Positions 1 through 12,383 of a stretch of DNA of 64,000 bases are shown here, piece by piece. This stretch comes from Nymphaea colorata (lineage: Eukaryota): contig NC_045138.2 in assembly GCF_008831285.2 (NCBI RefSeq), positions 16,988,001-17,052,000 on the forward strand, given 5' to 3'. Under the pieces are notes generated by a model. It was given only the letters and a program-made list of their open reading frames with translations. It searched no databases and was not told where the DNA came from. Position 1 is the first letter of the stretch. The number at the start of each line of letters is the position of its first letter. Position numbers and translations under genes: made by a program.

Positions 1-218
1 CTGTGCATCAAACAGGGCCTTGAGGAAGAGAATCTTAAGCATTTGTCAGTCGATAAAACACATCCCAAAGAACTCAAACGATCTATGTTGACATTTATAA
101 GTCTTCTAAATATCATCATCTTTTCGAGTGAATGAAATTTGAACTACCACCCGAAGAAGACCGGAGCCCTCACCCAACTCCTCGTTCTCTAAGGACCAAT
201 TTTAGTGCCTTGGGATGC

Positions 219-353
219 TGCTCTTGCTGCCCTTCAACTTGCACATTGGTAGCTCCCCATTTACAACACAAAGAATTGATACCCTGAGATTCAAAACAGA
301 AACTGATCGCCTACCAGTCCCCTACTCAATCTCATTGTGTCAACCTCTTTGGG
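219..353 (-). mobile_element. Short interspersed repeat, SINE-like family A (copy 1)
   Basis: Reverse complement (ccaaagaggttgacacaa...gaatctcagggtatcaattctttgtgttg...atgtgcaagttgaa) aligns by eye with 1042-1173 (+) and 24286-24412 (-). Confidence 0.55.
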
Positions 354-942
354 GATAATAGCCATCCTCCTTTCATTGGAAAGAATGACATTGAAAAGGA
401 TAAGTATGTTCAAGAGGTAATAAGTTGAGACTCCTTGGCCCAAGAAATTTACAGGGCAATTCATCAATCATCTTAGCCAATGCATCATGACGTCTAAGCA
501 CCATAACCCAAGGAGAGCTGCGGGAACTTTCCTGCTATTCCGACATAAGCTAACAAGGCAGGTTCATTTATTTCATTTCCATGTGTTTTCATGGCAATAA
601 ATGGTTTAAGGTTTAAAAACCAACCGATCAACGTTTCCCACAAAAAAATGAGGCCTATACCAGTGGTCGATCTTTAATGGTGTACTAATCCCCCGCCTAT
701 AGCTCCTCATTAAGTAGAAAAATAAATTTTTAATAATGCAAATATTCAGAAAATTTTACATAAATCCCCGTCCAAAGAAAATTGGTACCTACATTTATAG
801 GTCACTCGCTATCTAGTCCTTATAATTAACATTAGAGTTTTTTTTTTTTAATTTATTTAAGGGTAAGTGGTTGATTTCACCTAACCATAGCCTTTCCTGC
901 CCACTACCTCCAAGTTTCAAAGAGGTTGCTGGGACAATTCAG

Positions 943-1036
943 AGGGGGAGTGCACTAGGACTCGATAACGACTACCATATGATTTGAACTTAAATCTCTC
1001 AATAAGATGTAGGCTGCCTTGCCGCCTAGTATGCTA
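943..1036 (-). mobile_element. tRNA-derived SINE-like family B, degenerate copy
   Basis: Reverse complement gtagcatactaggcggcaagg...agttcaaatcatatggtagtcgttatc resembles 7433-7520; A-box/B-box-like spacing. Confidence 0.4.
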
Positions 1037-1041
1037 CAAGC

Positions 1042-1173
1042 ACAAGGGGGTTGGTGCAACAGACAAGGCTGGATTGATAAGCGGCTAGTTTCCATTTAGA
1101 ATCTCATGGGCGTCAACTTTTTGTGTTGCAAAATAAAGATCACTGATGTGCAAGTTGAATCACGGTGAGGGCA
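1042..1173 (+). mobile_element. SINE-like family A (copy 2)
   Basis: caaggggttggtgcaac...gaatctcatgggcgtcaac...atgtgcaagttgaa; shares blocks with 219-353, 24286-24412 and the head at 13555-13640. Confidence 0.55.
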
Positions 1174-1511
1174 TTCTATATATTGTTCACAAAATATCTG
1201 AACTAAGTAAATATAAAAAGTGTGCTTTTTATCAACTTCATTGATAGTTCATAAAGTGTTACAATATTCAAAATTATTTTTTATAAAAAACAAACGACAA
1301 CTTTGTGCTGAATTGAATTTGAAAATTAACCAAGTTGACCATCAGTAACTTTTAAATTAATCTATAAACTGTTTGATTAAATAAGATTACTGAATACAAA
1401 CCATTTGGTCAACTTCAATGATGATTTATAAAATCTCATGTATAAAGTTATTAGCAACGGCAAAGGTATTATTGGCAACAGTAATAGCCATCGCCAATAG
1501 TACTTACTGCT

Positions 1512-1955
1512 GGCATGATTTGCTTCGGATTATGACACCTTGATCCAATGGTCTCCAGTTGATGAGAAGTAACGATTAGTATCATTTTTCACATGCATTT
1601 CCAACTTTATTCATTATGAGTCGGGCAACTAATTTGCATCCAGTCCCAACTAATCCTTCAATCTTTTCATGGTGCAGATCATGATATTATCATTCTTAAC
1701 CAACTCAAATGTTCCAAGAACTAATAAACTCCAACGGTGCCATCCAAGAGACTGTTTAAAGTGAAAAGGGTAGAGAATAATAGTGTCATCTGTACTATAA
1801 AAAGATTGAAGGACGAGTTGGGACTGGAAGCAAATTAGTTTGCTCGTGTCATAATGAATCAAGTTGGAAATGCATGTGAAAAAATGATATTTGTTACTTC
1901 TCATCAACTGCGGAACCATTGAATCCAGGTGTGATTATACAAGTCAAATCACACC
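1512..1955. repeat. Long imperfect inverted repeat (arms ~1512-1701 and ~1768-1955)
   Basis: cagttgatgagaagtaac, cacatgcatttccaactt, actaatttgc-tccagtcccaact and tccttcaatctttt appear in the left arm and as collinear reverse complements in the right arm; loop ~65 nt. Confidence 0.9.
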
Positions 1956-2188
1956 ATACTCAAAACTGCTGGAGCACCCAAAAAGGAAAAGCAAGATTGG
2001 AGACATTAGCAATGTGGCAAAACTTGCTATTCAAGATGATGGGCCTTGAGGGATGAAAATATTCATTTCATATCTTGTTTTAACTTGCACAGATTGCATG
2101 AATTCAAATGCATCTTATAGAAGGTACATATCCATCAATATTCAGGGTTAATTGTACTTCTCATTGGGAGAAAGCAATTATTTCAATC

Positions 2189-2353
2189 TTCCTTGTAGTT
2201 GAGCCACTATATAGAGGATGGCCCTGATCAAAGACATCTTCCTTGCCAGCAACAGGCCAAACATCACGGCCGGGTTAACATGACCGCTTGCAACACACTG
2301 ACACAACCAAGAACCAACAATTACTTCCTCCAACTTGAACCCATAATGTAGTA
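2189..2353 (-). pseudogene. PIP aquaporin gene fragment (intron end plus start of the first-NPA exon), left arm of inverted repeat
   Basis: Minus strand translates to [29 protein letters not shown], the PIP loop-B NPA signature; homology stops after AQ and no other PIP exons were found. Confidence 0.85.
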
Positions 2354-2440
2354 AAACTGCTTTATAGAGAGTTTATGCTTTTAGTAACGCCAAAATTTAT
2401 CATCTTTTCAGTACTATCTGCTGAAAAAATGATAATTCTA

Positions 2441-2595
2441 TACTACATGTTCAAGTTTGAGGAAGTAATTTTTGGTTTTGGGCTGTGTTGGTGTGTTGCA
2501 AGCGGTCACATTAACACATCCGTGACGTTTGGGCTATTGCTGGCAAGCAAAGATTCTCAGGGCCTTCATCAAACAATGATTTCAACTACAAGGAA
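2441..2595 (+). pseudogene. PIP aquaporin gene fragment, more decayed, right arm of inverted repeat
   Basis: Translates to GHINTSVTFGLLLASK; flanking blocks gttcaagtt-gaggaagtaatt, gtgtgttgcaagcggtca, cagggcc and tcaactacaaggaa mirror 2189-2353. Confidence 0.8.
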
Positions 2596-3908
2596 TACAA
2601 ATGAAAGGAAAGGAAAACAACAGAAGAAATGTGACTTCTAACTAGCCTCCTGCTTACCACTTGCTGAAGAGCAGCTTATTCCATTATAAAAAATGAAAAG
2701 TTTGTTGTGTAGAGATAGACAGGTTACACTATCCAATTTATAGCTGAGAAATTGACTCAATCTAGAAAGTATAGATACCCTCCTGTGGTAACGAAATCAC
2801 ACCAAATGAGGCAATTACAGATAAAAACAATCAATCTTCCTTTTTATGTAGGGATACTACCTTCTATACCTTAATATCTTCCTTTCTCATAGGCTCTTTT
2901 TTCTTTAATTTCTTATTTTGACTGTCCGTTCTGTCCATTTGAGTCTGTGTGTCTCTTTTGTGTCAATTTGGAGCTTTTGATCTTTTTTTTTCCCAAACCT
3001 AATAATGTGAAGATAATTTGTTCCATGTTTTTCTGTTTTTTATGAATGCAAGAAACTGCACATAAGATCTGTTGTTTACTGACGCTATTTTGTTCTCAAT
3101 AAAAAGAAAAATAAAGTACTTCACAAAATATGCAAACAACTTTGCTATCTACATATGAATAAGCATCAAATGGTAAAGGTGCTAGCTGATTGGTAAAATC
3201 TACTGAATCCACTATGATTTCGGAAATATCAACGGAAATTATGCCATGAAATGCATGAGCACGTGATTTCCAACTTTCTCATGACCGCTGTTAGAAGACA
3301 GTCCACATTAAATTTGTCCTTCGAGTTTGTTTACTAACTTCATCAATAATTTGTCATTGGTCACACTGTGCTTTTGGTATGATTGTTTTAATCAGTGAGT
3401 TGAGGGCACCAGCACCGCTAGAATGATATTGAAATGCTTTGCCGTACCATGCAACGCTACCATGGAAAGCTTATGCATTTCACATATTGCAGTTCAGCAT
3501 TCTCGAATTTTCCACAATATTTGTTCTATGTGTTGGGAAGCTGTAAGTTAATTAGACAGATGTACGCTATGTTTCTATGCATGCTAATTAACTAGCATTC
3601 ACTTTCATAATGGAATAGTTGTTTCACAATGGATTTTGAAAACTTGATTTAAATGAAATTGTTCCATCGTTGCAGGAAAGACCTGCTTTCAAACAGAAGA
3701 AGCTACAAACAGAAATTTCACTGTTCAATTCAAGAATATCAGAAAAGAAAGATCTAAATCATGCCCACAGGAACTCAACTATAGCTACAGGAATATCCGT
3801 ACAGACAACTATCTCACTAACAATTTGTCTACAGAAATTCAGCTTAACACCTAAGGTACAAACAAGAAGCCTGTACATCCACAGCAGGATCACCAAGCTT
3901 TGTATCTT

Positions 3909-5952
3909 TTATTCCTGGTCACCTTCCGTATCCTTCTTCTCAGCTGCAGCTTCTTTCTTTTCATCTGTAGTTGCAGTCATTTTATTGTCAAAATCCTTCG
4001 TCTTCCCAAGCAATATTTCAATCTGTATAGTTTCAGAAACATTCTTAAATCAATTTAACAAATAGTCACTGCAGACTAAAGACTAGCTTGATAATGTGAA
4101 TTGAATACAAATAAATATAATATTTTAACAGGGATGAAGATGTTCTGCACTATGACTGAATTGGCAGTGGAATCAAGGAAGGATCTGCCTCCAGATTGAT
4201 TATGTGGTGCTCTCACCTTGGCCTTGTGCACTTGACGGCCTTTATTTTCATCCTTCATATCGATGGTTGATGTCTGGATTTCTGCATCAGAGCAGCATTT
4301 TAAGGTTAATGATATTCAAGAGTGAGGCCCTTCTGTAACAGATTGCTACAGCAATTACCAAAAAAAAATTGCATACGGAAAAGACACACGCCAACAGAAC
4401 AGAGCATTCCAAGAGCTTACTTTTTTCCACAGCCAGTCCATTGTTCTTCAATATCTCAGCAATAGTCACCACCGTAGCTATGGCTGGATTAGTTGTATGT
4501 GAAACACATCAGCCACATGAAGAACATAATCAAACACAGGTCATAAAACATGTCAATGTTTGTCAATTGATAAAGGAAGGAAACAAAAGGTATTTGAGCA
4601 AGATTGATCAAAAGGTTGTAAATAAACTAGCTGTTCACCTTTTGATCTACAAACATGGCTAGATGCAATGAGTATAAGAAAGAAAATTCAAGTAGAAACA
4701 ACTAGTTTGAAGATTTAATCCTATCCAGAATAAAGAGTAGTGAGATGATGGAGCAGAACCAAGAAACCAAAATCCATTGGTTGCTTTTACCAATCCCTAA
4801 TCATAAATTCCGGTAATGAAATTGATCCTTCTTCAATGGCTAACAATTTACTAATCTGCAAATTGGTTACCACTAGTATATCAATTTCCAATAAATTTCA
4901 AATGACATCCACCTCGAAAGTTCAGGCAGTGAAGTTACTTGAGAAACCAAAAAAAAAAACTACCAAGAAAAGGTTGCACTTGCACATGTTTTCATTTCCA
5001 AATGGCCTACTACGCAAACACCTGAGAAATCATTACACAACACAGAAGCACATAAACAAAAACTAGGTACACACGTTTACTATTAATTCAAAGTCTCAGT
5101 TTCTTAAGCGAAATACCCTACAGCCTTAGCGATTAAGCTGAATTATGACAGAGAAGCAAATCACAAAATAAAGAACCAGGCTTAAGGAACACATTTACAA
5201 GAAACAGCATGAAACAGAAAACCAACTACTGAAAACCTTGATATATGGATCTCATATTCCAAGAAATGGAAACCTATAGATAATAAAGAAACTCCCCACT
5301 TCATGCAGATTAATAGCCATATCAAATGAAGCAAATCAAGATCGCAAGAGAAGCAATTACCCATCCCCAAAGCAGAGAGCTCCACCTCATTATACTGCTG
5401 CATGTACCTCTGATAAAAAACAAGTCAAGATTCAGAATTAAAAATAAACAGTGCAAATGAAATAAACGACAACCCCTATAATCAACACTAAGCTCGACGT
5501 CCCTGAGCCCCATTTCTTCTAAAGCAACCATAATTGTGAAAACAACAAAACCACCCATCAGAATTTGCACACAAAGCCATATGAATCCAAACAACAAGAA
5601 GGTGATCTACTTCGTCAATCCGGAGAAAAGGAAAAAGAAACAAGCAAAACCTCCACCCAGCATTGCCCAAAAACAATCGGAACCCACACATTCTCACACA
5701 GAGATTCTTCCGACAACAATAGAACACATAATGGAGGACAAAGAAGGATGAAGAAGTCCAAGAAACCTCCAATCAGACATTACCCAAGAAACCAAATGAG
5801 AATAATAGAGAGAGAGAGAGAGAGAGAGAGACCTTGGCGAGGTTGACGTAAAAGAAGAGGGGCTTCTTGGTGTTGGAAACCTGAATCCTGTTCTTCTTCT
5901 GGGTAGCCGCAGACAGATTCAAATCTTCCATTGCCTCCTGTACGTGTTCCAT
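3909..5952 (-). CDS. ALBA: Alba DNA/RNA-binding protein (short plant Alba, 136 aa, 5 exons)
   Basis: Exons 5952-5833, 5409-5361, 4483-4421, 4281-4217, 4022-3909; all GT-AG, phases close (411 nt). Protein MEHVQEAMEDL...KKNRIQVSNTKKPLFFYVNLAKRYMQQYNEVELSALGMAIATVVTIAEILKNNGLAVEK...KAKIEILLGK is the plant Alba signature. Confidence 0.95.
5807..5831. repeat. (AG)n microsatellite at the start of Alba intron 1
   Basis: Pure AG run abutting the donor (minus strand AAG|GTCTCTCTC...). Confidence 0.95.
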
Positions 5953-6277
5953 CTCTCTCCCTTACTCTTCTCCGTTTCAGAGATGAGGAAGAAGAAGAAG
6001 GTGCAGCAGAAGAAAGCGCGCGAAGCAAACAACAGAAACCGGGAGAGCCAAGACAGTGAGCCGTTAGAGAGTCGTGGCCCCCATTTATGGGAATGGGTCC
6101 CCCTGGATCGAGCCAATCACAGGACGCCACGTTTTCCCGCTTCGTTAGGCGTTCGTTGACGGATGGCGCCCGTTCGTTTATGACCGGCCGTTTCGGCAGG
6201 CGCGAGCGCGACCCCTCCGTCTCGTTTCTTGGTCGAGTTTGACCTTTGACTTCTTGATGCAGGAAACCGATGAATGA

Positions 6278-6701
6278 TCGGGTCGGGTCGGATTGATATC
6301 TGACTGAATTGCTCAATATTTAGATTAGATTTAGATTTTAAAATGGACATGTAATTGGATTCGTTTTAAAATAAATATCTGATTGGATTTCCAAATTCAG
6401 ATTTAGTTTCAAATAAACATCTTGCAGTTAAAAAGTCAGTTTTAAATACATAATAATAATAATAATGAGGTTTGGATTTGGTTCTGTATTTAAAAGTCAA
6501 ATTTAGATTCGGTTGTAGATTTAGGAGCAGGATTACGACCGGGTTCGGACTTCAAATTTAAAATTCAGATTCAGATACAGTATGAACTTTTCTTCATGTG
6601 CATTCAAATTTGGAGGGTGACTACATGAACATTCAATAAAATAAAATGGATATGGTAAAGGGTAGTACATTTAATTTAAATCCAATCTATTGACATCCCT
6701 A
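6278..6701. mobile_element. Degenerate MITE-like element (ggatc/gattc-rich family) in the Alba promoter
   Basis: Repeated tcggat/tcagat/tggat motifs ending in ...aatccaatctattgacatcccta; similar motif-rich tracts at ~16450-16820, ~25440-25940 and ~50610-50780. Confidence 0.45.
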
Positions 6702-7432
6702 TGGAGATAAACAATCTAGTCCTTGATTAGTAAAGACATCCCGCCATGATTATATTATCCTTGAGCTTTGGAACCACAAGCCCTAAGGGGTCCTTTGGCA
6801 GTTGGAACAATTTGTGACTGTTTCATGAATCTACCCCAAAGATTAGAACAGATTCATAAAACAATAGAACCAAGTGTATATGAATCATCTGCCCCAAACG
6901 ACGCTCATGAGTTCACTCTTTTACCAAACAACTCCTAAGAGTTCACTCTTTTTTTACAAGACGAGACAGTACTGCTGGGTTCTTGAACCCCTAGCTTTGT
7001 TGGATCCACTGAAAACCAAGTAATGTGGAATACAATGATGTTTGTTTTTCTAAGACTTAATTACTGCATATTCCTCTATACACAATGCACCACTTGTTAC
7101 TCATTAGCCCAAAGATTTTGCCATTTCCTGTTCAGATCAGAATCTGATTATTGTTTAGATTCCTTTTTTCTCTGTTTAGGAGATCCAAATTTAGTGAATC
7201 CAGATCCAAATCAGACCCCTACCCTCTTAATGTTGGATAACGACTTGGAGTGAACAAGAACAACACATCAGTCCACAAGAACATTCTTTAGAGCCAAATT
7301 ATGCTTTTAATAACTTGAAGCTCAGAACAGATACTCGATTCCATGCTTTTATTGCAGCAGTTAACTCAGTGGGGGTTACTAAATGCTGATCAAATTCATA
7401 GTCAAACTAAACATCAATACAAGCTCACTGGA

Positions 7433-7520
7433 GGCATAATCAGGTGGCGAGATGGCTCACACTCGAGGTGTCCAAGGTTTGAATCATGCGGTCGTTGTCA
7501 TGGTCCAGTGTGTTACTCCT
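7433..7520 (+). mobile_element. tRNA-derived SINE-like family B copy
   Basis: A-box-like tggcgagatgg and B-box-like ggtttgaatca; similar to 943-1036; no cloverleaf. Confidence 0.4.
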
Positions 7521-8940
7521 CAAGACCGCAAACGATGGCAAGCGCAACAACAAAGTCTTCGAGCAGATGATAAGAGGGATATATAACTGATGGCTTGTTG
7601 AAGATTTAATTAAAGTGTTTGATTACTTCATATTTTAGATTCATGGATCTGATGCGGCATATCCACTAAATTCATAGCTCATCAAAGTAAAGATCTAGGT
7701 CAGACATAATTAGATCGGCACTTGAAGACCTCACTCTACTTATTTACATGAAGTCTCAATACCTAACATTGTTCGTGATGTTTTATCTTTTACATTGTTT
7801 TATCTAGGGGCGTAGTCAGGATCTTTTTTAGGGGCAGGCCAAACAATCCGTAGGTCGGGCCAAGAGGAGCGATGGGTCGAGCCAAACTAAAAAATTTTGA
7901 TTTTTTCAATATAATTTTTTTTCCTGGGCTAACTTGGGCCATCCCCTGCTCCCTCTGCCCTGGTTCTATCTTTTTCTTTTTTTTTCCCTTGCAGATGCAT
8001 GGTTTATGCATGCTTGTGGTTCAACTTCAACTATAATTTTTTAGACTATTAACATTACATCTTTATTTTGCTTCATATTTATGCCGATGTAGTCTATACT
8101 TCTAGCTCCCTCATTGGTTGAAACCATATTTTAAAGCAAATGAAAGTGCGTTCCATGTTATGCATCTACATGGGAATGAATGTTCTCACTTTTTACTAGA
8201 GGGTTGTTTTGGTAATTTACTAGAGAGAGAAAAAAGTCGGTCGTATTATTAAGGGCCATAACATATAACCTGCTCGAGAAGCAAATCGGCCCACGTAATT
8301 TGCTTTGCATCGAGTCAAGATTCGACTAATCTTCGATCATTTTCATCCTTCTTTTCTATATTTGTCTTTATTTTTTGATGCACAAGCCAGTACCGGGGGC
8401 CACTGGGATTTGATCCAGAATCGTGAACCAATTTGAAAGCAACTTTTCTAAATTCTAATGATGATCAGCTTTCCCATTCAATCCCATTAAACACATTTCC
8501 CATAAGAAGAAGAAACGGAGTCTAATGAACTGAGGATTTTATTTGATTGTCTTCAATAGTAAGATCTCATTTGATGGCATCAAAATCATTTTAACTACCT
8601 CGCTTTTATGTTCAAAAGAGACGCCTTAAAATAATTTTTGATGCAACAACCATGTTTCTGACGTGCTTTTAGCATCATAAAAGTAGACATGATCAACTGA
8701 TTTTTTTTTTTTTTTGGAGCGGATATATTAGAGTTTGGGAACTAGATCATGATATAAATGGTCTCCAACCATCTTTTAAATAGAAAAACAAAATTTCCAT
8801 TGTTCTCATGAACATTTTCATCATCTTCATGATCAATTTTTTTCCCCCTTAGGGACCGGGGTTAGCTGTTCCCAAGCCACCTAGAGGTCATTTGGTAATA
8901 GAAACAGTAAGCCTGTCAGATCACCAAGGATTTCAGATCC

Positions 8941-9065
8941 ATGGATTTAAGATTGGACGACTCTCCCTCCAATGTTAAATCCATGGTTTTTAACTTGTAG
9001 CACTATAGATTTAAGATTAGACCACTCTCCCTCCAATGTTAAATCCATTGTTTTTAACTTGTAGC
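8941..9065. repeat. Tandem duplication of a ~63-bp unit
   Basis: gatttaagatt-gac-actctccctccaatgttaaatccat-gtttttaacttgtagc occurs twice. Confidence 0.9.
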
Positions 9066-10436
9066 ATGGATTTGAAATCTTAAATCTATGCTACTGTAAA
9101 CTGAGGATCTCCCAAAACACACCTTTTTTTATGCAGTCTCGGATCTAAGATCCGAGACTATCATATGCAATCTAATATAGTTTCCTATTAATTTATCCTA
9201 AGGATCGGGACATATTCATGAAATGCTAAAACACAGTATTGCACAAATTTATCTTGATTTTCCAGACAGATTCATAAAACACTGTGTTGATGTCTATGAT
9301 ACCAAAACCCCCTCAAAGTATTGTCATTCAAGACAATTTAACGATTCAGATAGATCAACACAAATGTTTTGGCTAAAAGTTGTGCACTAAATCATATTTT
9401 ATAAAATAAAATCATATTTTTTAATCATTTCGAGTTCTGATGCATTGTGATTCCAAAAATCCAATTAAATTTTCTTAAAACTAAAGTTCGGCTCCCTCCC
9501 AAAGAAAAATTTCTAACTCCACCCCTGATTATAGAAACGGCGGATGCAGTTAAACTTGTCCATCCATGATATTTTAGGATAAGAGGCATTGTTAGCACTC
9601 AACCTATTTGTGATTTCCAAAAGCACAAAAATCTTACTTAATCAAGAGACCCTTGACTCAGAGGCCACAGTGCCTTCTCCATCATGGCACCAAAAGAAGT
9701 TAAACTCAAGGTCAGGTGAACAGCATGTGTTATGGGTCCAAATATAGGCAGAGCCAAAGCATATGCATCTGGTCCAGCCACTAGAACTAGGCATATATAC
9801 CTTCCAAAGAAGGCTAGCCAATGAGGAATGGAGAAGTGTTTGTTGATGTGGTTAAAGTGGTCCACTCTACCAAATCCAGATCCAAACAACTCATGATACA
9901 CACTGTGCCACATGGGGAACATGCTTTTTGGTCTTGCATTTAGTGTAATGGGAACAATACAGAGACATCATGAGACAACAGACCAGTGTTCCATGTTTTG
10001 TTTGTTTTCTAAACATACTAGAGTCTATTGGGTCCAGTCATGGTCTGTGCCCATGCTCTTGCTACATAATTTGAAGAGGTTTTGTCTCACTTTGACTTCA
10101 TTCAAGGGACAATGCAATGCCTGAAAAGAAATGTGATATACTGAATTTGAGAAATACTTTCAGGGGAAAAGGAGAATACACATGCTAGGGTTATGTAGGA
10201 GACTCTTACCAAGTTATGCTTAGAAGATATTTGAGAAGAACAATATTGTATGCTGGACATAAGGGACACCTTGTCTGTTCCCTGCCATCAAACAATGGAC
10301 AGATTCAATGTTTTGTCCATTGGAACAAGATAAATGTGAGAACTGGATGCCCTAGTTTCTCCTATATTCCAAACGATCTCTCACTATATGTTCTAAATAA
10401 GTCATGTTCTTGTTCTAAATAAGCCATGCTATATTT

Positions 10437-10655
10437 CATAGTTCGTTGACTCGCTGAGTCATCTCAGGGATTGCCCGAGTTAGGTCGGATCGCTAGAAAA
10501 CCTCAGCATGAATCAAGGCTAGCCTGGTTTGCTCCCTGACTCAGCCCGACTAAGCCCAACTCAAGTTATTTTAAAACTTGATCGAGTCGACGAGTCAACT
10601 TGCTGACCCCATGATCCAGTCGTTTGCTAGTCCCAGTTTCAGTTTGCCAACTATG
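10437..10655. mobile_element. Small non-autonomous DNA transposon remnant
   Basis: Termini catagtt...aactatg are inverted; interior is rich in gactc/gagtc subterminal motifs. Confidence 0.5.
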
Positions 10656-12298
10656 AACTGAAGTGCTCTTAAAGTTGATAACATGTGCCACAGAAACACA
10701 AAGTTCTCATAGAATACCATCTTAGTGCATCTTAATTTTAAATGGTTCCACAAAAGTATTCACTTGTTTGATAATGATGAGCATTCCTTTCGGCAGTAGG
10801 CCCTACGTATCTTATCAAACGGCGGACACATTGGTCGTCTTTTATTGTTTCTCTAGAACAATTTTTAGGCTTCCCACACTGTTCATTTTTACTGGTGAGC
10901 AGAATAAGTATTTCATCCTACTATCCAACTAAGAGACAAAACTCTTACTTTTCCTTTTATCTTGAATGATATCAAAACCTACTTTCGGTGCATTAGCATT
11001 TTACAAATGCATAAAAGGAAACACCATACTCCCTGAAACATGTGTCTTATTGTTCGAAACCTACCAGAAGTGCCCAAATTCTAGCTAGCTGAAACCCATC
11101 GCCCCTCTAGGTGTCACGGGGCGCGGCACAACAACCATTCCAACCGCCGAAAACCTAAAGGGGGGCAAGCAGGTGTGTAGATAACTTGAAAACAAGGGAA
11201 CACTAGGTGCGACAAGGAAAAAGTGTGTTCGATACACCTCTCTTTACGACCACATGTCCGAGATGGAAACGACACGTGACGCCCTCTACCAAGCAATCAA
11301 ACACGCCCTAAAAAGACGACCAACTATTGATTCTTTGACCACCTTTTCAACTTGAAGCCTCACGTTCATCACCTCCGCCACGCCGACCGAATCGTCGGTA
11401 GCTCTTGCTTCCCGCATATCTCATAAATAAAAACAAAATCTACTGCTTCCATCTTGTTCACATCGTCGCATTATATGCCAAAACAAGCTGTCAATTTGTC
11501 ACCTTTTTTTTTTTCAATTAAAAAAGGAGACGATTCGTGCGTTTTTCTTTTGTCCAAAAAAGAAAGGGATTTTTTTGTCTGTGGATTTTGTCTAGGGCAT
11601 GCAACGCAGCTCTTTTAAGATGGCGTGGACCCAAGCGAAGGGGCCCCCAAAAGCACGCCCACCACCTGTTTGTTGAATTGTCTGGTGAAGGTCAAAAGCT
11701 TATTTGGTTCCTTCCAAACAGCCCCATGAAAAAGGTGGATGGTCTTCGTTCCCACCTGCCAACCCCACCGGTTAAGGCCACCACGTCGGAAGGCTGTTAA
11801 TCGGGTTGGGCCGGGTCGAGCCCAATCTTAAGTATCAGGTATCAGGTATTGGGCCGGGCATGAGCTCGAGTTCCAGGCACCGAGCCCAATTCTTATTGGG
11901 CGGACCGGGCCAGGCCGAACCAGCCCGATGCTCAGGTCTAGTGGAAAGACCGTTGAAATGTCGAACACGCACCCCGGCTGCACCACCTTTGATCCGGCAA
12001 CTGGGAGCTGTGGGACCCACTTGACCGCCCTTCCACTCAACCGGCGTCCCCACCAAATCATCACGAACCCCCCACTTCTATTTTGTCTTCTTTATTTTTT
12101 TAATTCTTTGTTAATGGAAAAGAACAAAAAAATAATACACATTGATTCCTTATCCTTCCCCTCCCTAACCCGCTTTATATAGACGCCAACTTGCTAAAAT
12201 ATCAGATCCCCTTTTTTCCCTAACAAGTTTCGTGTGAAACTCGTGAACTCATTAGGTGGAGCTTTTAGTGCCACCTCTTAGGTCCCAGACATTATAAC

Positions 12299-12300
<2 letters not shown>

Positions 12301-12381
<81 letters not shown>
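12301..12381. repeat. (TA)n microsatellite
   Basis: ~80 bp pure TA. Confidence 0.98.

Positions 12382-12383
<2 letters not shown>

Noticed and set aside
2375..2641. 88-aa ORF with an aquaporin-like stretch as a functional gene
   Set aside because: NPA is decayed to NTS, only ~20 residues are homologous, and no other PIP exons are present; treated as a fragment.
5780..6350. Long ORFs over the Alba promoter and exon 1
   Set aside because: Off-frame or antisense products of a GC-rich leader; the Alba frame explains the region.
7433..7520. Possible tRNA gene (also 13570-13630 and 35400-35480)
   Set aside because: A/B-box-like motifs only; no acceptor stem or cloverleaf, so SINE-like.
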